Positions 62,850 to 64,000 of a stretch of DNA of 64,000 nt are shown piece by piece. The stretch spans positions 102,161 to 166,160 of the forward strand of contig JAGYKM010000003.1 of assembly GCA_018401675.1 (NCBI GenBank). The letters are read 5' to 3'. The notes beneath the pieces are model-generated. The model was given only the letters and a program-made list of their open reading frames with translations. It was not told where the DNA came from and ran no database searches. Made by a program: the position numbers and the translations under genes. Numbering within the stretch: position 1 is the stretch's first letter; each line of letters starts with the position of its first letter. Source of the stretch: Alphaproteobacteria bacterium (lineage in GTDB: Bacteria > Pseudomonadota > Alphaproteobacteria > 16-39-46).

Positions 62850-64000
62850 ATGCGTTTAACCCCTTCAGAAGTCAGTAACCTTTTAAAAAACGAGATCAAA
62901 GATTTCACCGATACCCCTGAGGTTTCTGAGGTGGGCAAGGTACTATCTATAGGCGATGGTATTGCCCATGTTTATGGGCTGGACCATATCAAGGCTGGCG
63001 AGATGGTTACTTTTCCTTCAGGCCTCAAGGGCATGGCTCTCAACTTAGAGACCGATAATGTGGGGGTGGTCATTTTTGGAAATGACCGAGAGATTAAGGA
63101 AGGAGATTTAGTAACGCGTACCTATCAAGATGTCCAAGTCCCCATTGGACCGGAGTTACTGGGACGTGTGGTGAATGCCTTAGGCGAACCTATAGATGGA
63201 AAAGGACCCATCGATTCGGATCTAAGAGGTCCTGTGGAGGCTGAAGCGCCTGGAATCACCATGCGTGCTAAAGTATCTGAACCTCTTCAAACTGGAATTA
63301 AAGCCATTGATGGTCTCGTACCCATAGGCAAAGGACAACGCGAACTGATTATTGGAGACAGGCAAACGGGGAAGACCACTATTTTGTTGGATACCATTCT
63401 CAATCAAAAAAGTGCCCATGATCGCAATGACCCCAATAAAGTATTTTGCATTTATGTGGCTGTGGGGCAAAAGCGCTCCACAGTGGCTCAGTTGGTTAAA
63501 AATCTTTCGGATGCGGGCGTTCTGTCTTATACCACAGTGGTGGCTGCTACTGCTTCTGAGCCAGCACCTTTACAATTTATTGCCCCCTATGCAGGGTGCG
63601 CTATGGCTGAATATTTTAGAAATAACGGCATGAATGCCTTAGTGATTTACGATGACCTCTCCAAGCATGCCGTTGCTTATAGGCAAATGTGCCTTCTCTT
63701 GCGTCGACCTCCAGGAAGAGAAGCCTACCCGGGAGATGTGTTTTATCTTCATTCGCGACTGCTAGAAAGAGCAGCCAACATAAATGAAGCTCATGGAGGC
63801 GGGTCACTTACTGCTCTTCCGGTTATTGAAACCCAAGCAGGGGATGTGTCTGCTTATATCCCTACCAATGTGATTTCTATCACTGATGGACAAATTTTTC
63901 TTGAGGCTGATCTTTTCTATAAAGGGATTCGCCCGGCGGTTAACGTGGGGCTTTCTGTATCTCGTGTTGGATCAGCCGCACAAATCAAAGCCATGCGTCA
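62850..64000 (+). CDS. atpA: ATP synthase F1 alpha subunit (runs off the window; absent from the ORF track)
   Basis: From ATG 62850: MRLTPSEVS...[10 protein letters not shown]...[15 protein letters not shown]...[24 protein letters not shown]. Confidence 0.97.
   Translation, partial: MRLTPSEVSNLLKNEIKDFTDTPEVSEVGKVLSIGDGIAHVYGLDHIKAGEMVTFPSGLKGMALNLETDNVGVVIFGNDREIKEGDLVTRTYQDVQVPIGPELLGRVVNALGEPIDGKGPIDSDLRGPVEAEAPGITMRAKVSEPLQTGIKAIDGLVPIGKGQRELIIGDRQTGKTTILLDTILNQKSAHDRNDPNKVFCIYVAVGQKRSTVAQLVKNLSDAGVLSYTTVVAATASEPAPLQFIAPYAGCAMAEYFRNNGMNALVIYDDLSKHAVAYRQMCLLLRRPPGREAYPGDVFYLHSRLLERAANINEAHGGGSLTALPVIETQAGDVSAYIPTNVISITDGQIFLEADLFYKGIRPAVNVGLSVSRVGSAAQIKAMR

Noticed and set aside
1-64000. 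Numerous 60-150 aa ORFs overlapping recognised genes (e.g. 10254..10661, 14939..15388, 23144..23398, 28164..28595)
   Set aside because: They are antisense or alternative-frame shadows of well-supported genes and have no motifs of their own.
1-64000. CRISPR arrays, tRNA/rRNA genes, IS elements, integrases and prophage genes
   Set aside because: No regularly spaced repeats, cloverleaf motifs or transposase/integrase/phage proteins were recognised by eye; covariance-model searches were not run.

Overview
A 64-kb chromosomal segment of an alphaproteobacterium. It is most likely a host-associated, Holosporales-like endosymbiont; this is inferred from gene content and order, not from a phylogeny. 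The backbone is housekeeping: potFGH, fabD-fabG-acpP-fabF-mltG, gmk, secB, ygfZ, GT9-GT4-asnB, yebC, cpoB-tilS-ftsH-glmM, rsfS-rlmH, gpmI, pstS, maeB, hda, atpH and atpA. It also holds a type VI secretion membrane-complex operon (SPOR gene-tssJ-tssK-tssL-tssM-tssA) and several inserted genes for signal-peptide proteins that look like host-directed effectors. The best candidates for new biology are four. (1) A coupled gene pair encodes a secreted HxE/CxxC zinc-deaminase-like protein and a secreted Sel1-repeat partner, both with NLS-like motifs (17.6-20.7 kb). (2) A 1162-aa exported protein fuses a TIGR04141/DUF6119 nuclease-like domain to an OTU-type deubiquitinase (45.2-48.6 kb). (3) A SPOR-domain membrane protein is coupled to tssJ in a T6SS whose TssL has no peptidoglycan-binding domain. 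(4) Three stand-alone Cache proteins sit in tandem between tilS and ftsH. Many genes, including ftsH, are frameshifted, which suggests long-read consensus errors rather than true pseudogenes. No rRNA, tRNA, CRISPR array, integrase or transposase was recognised. All family assignments come from motif recognition by eye.
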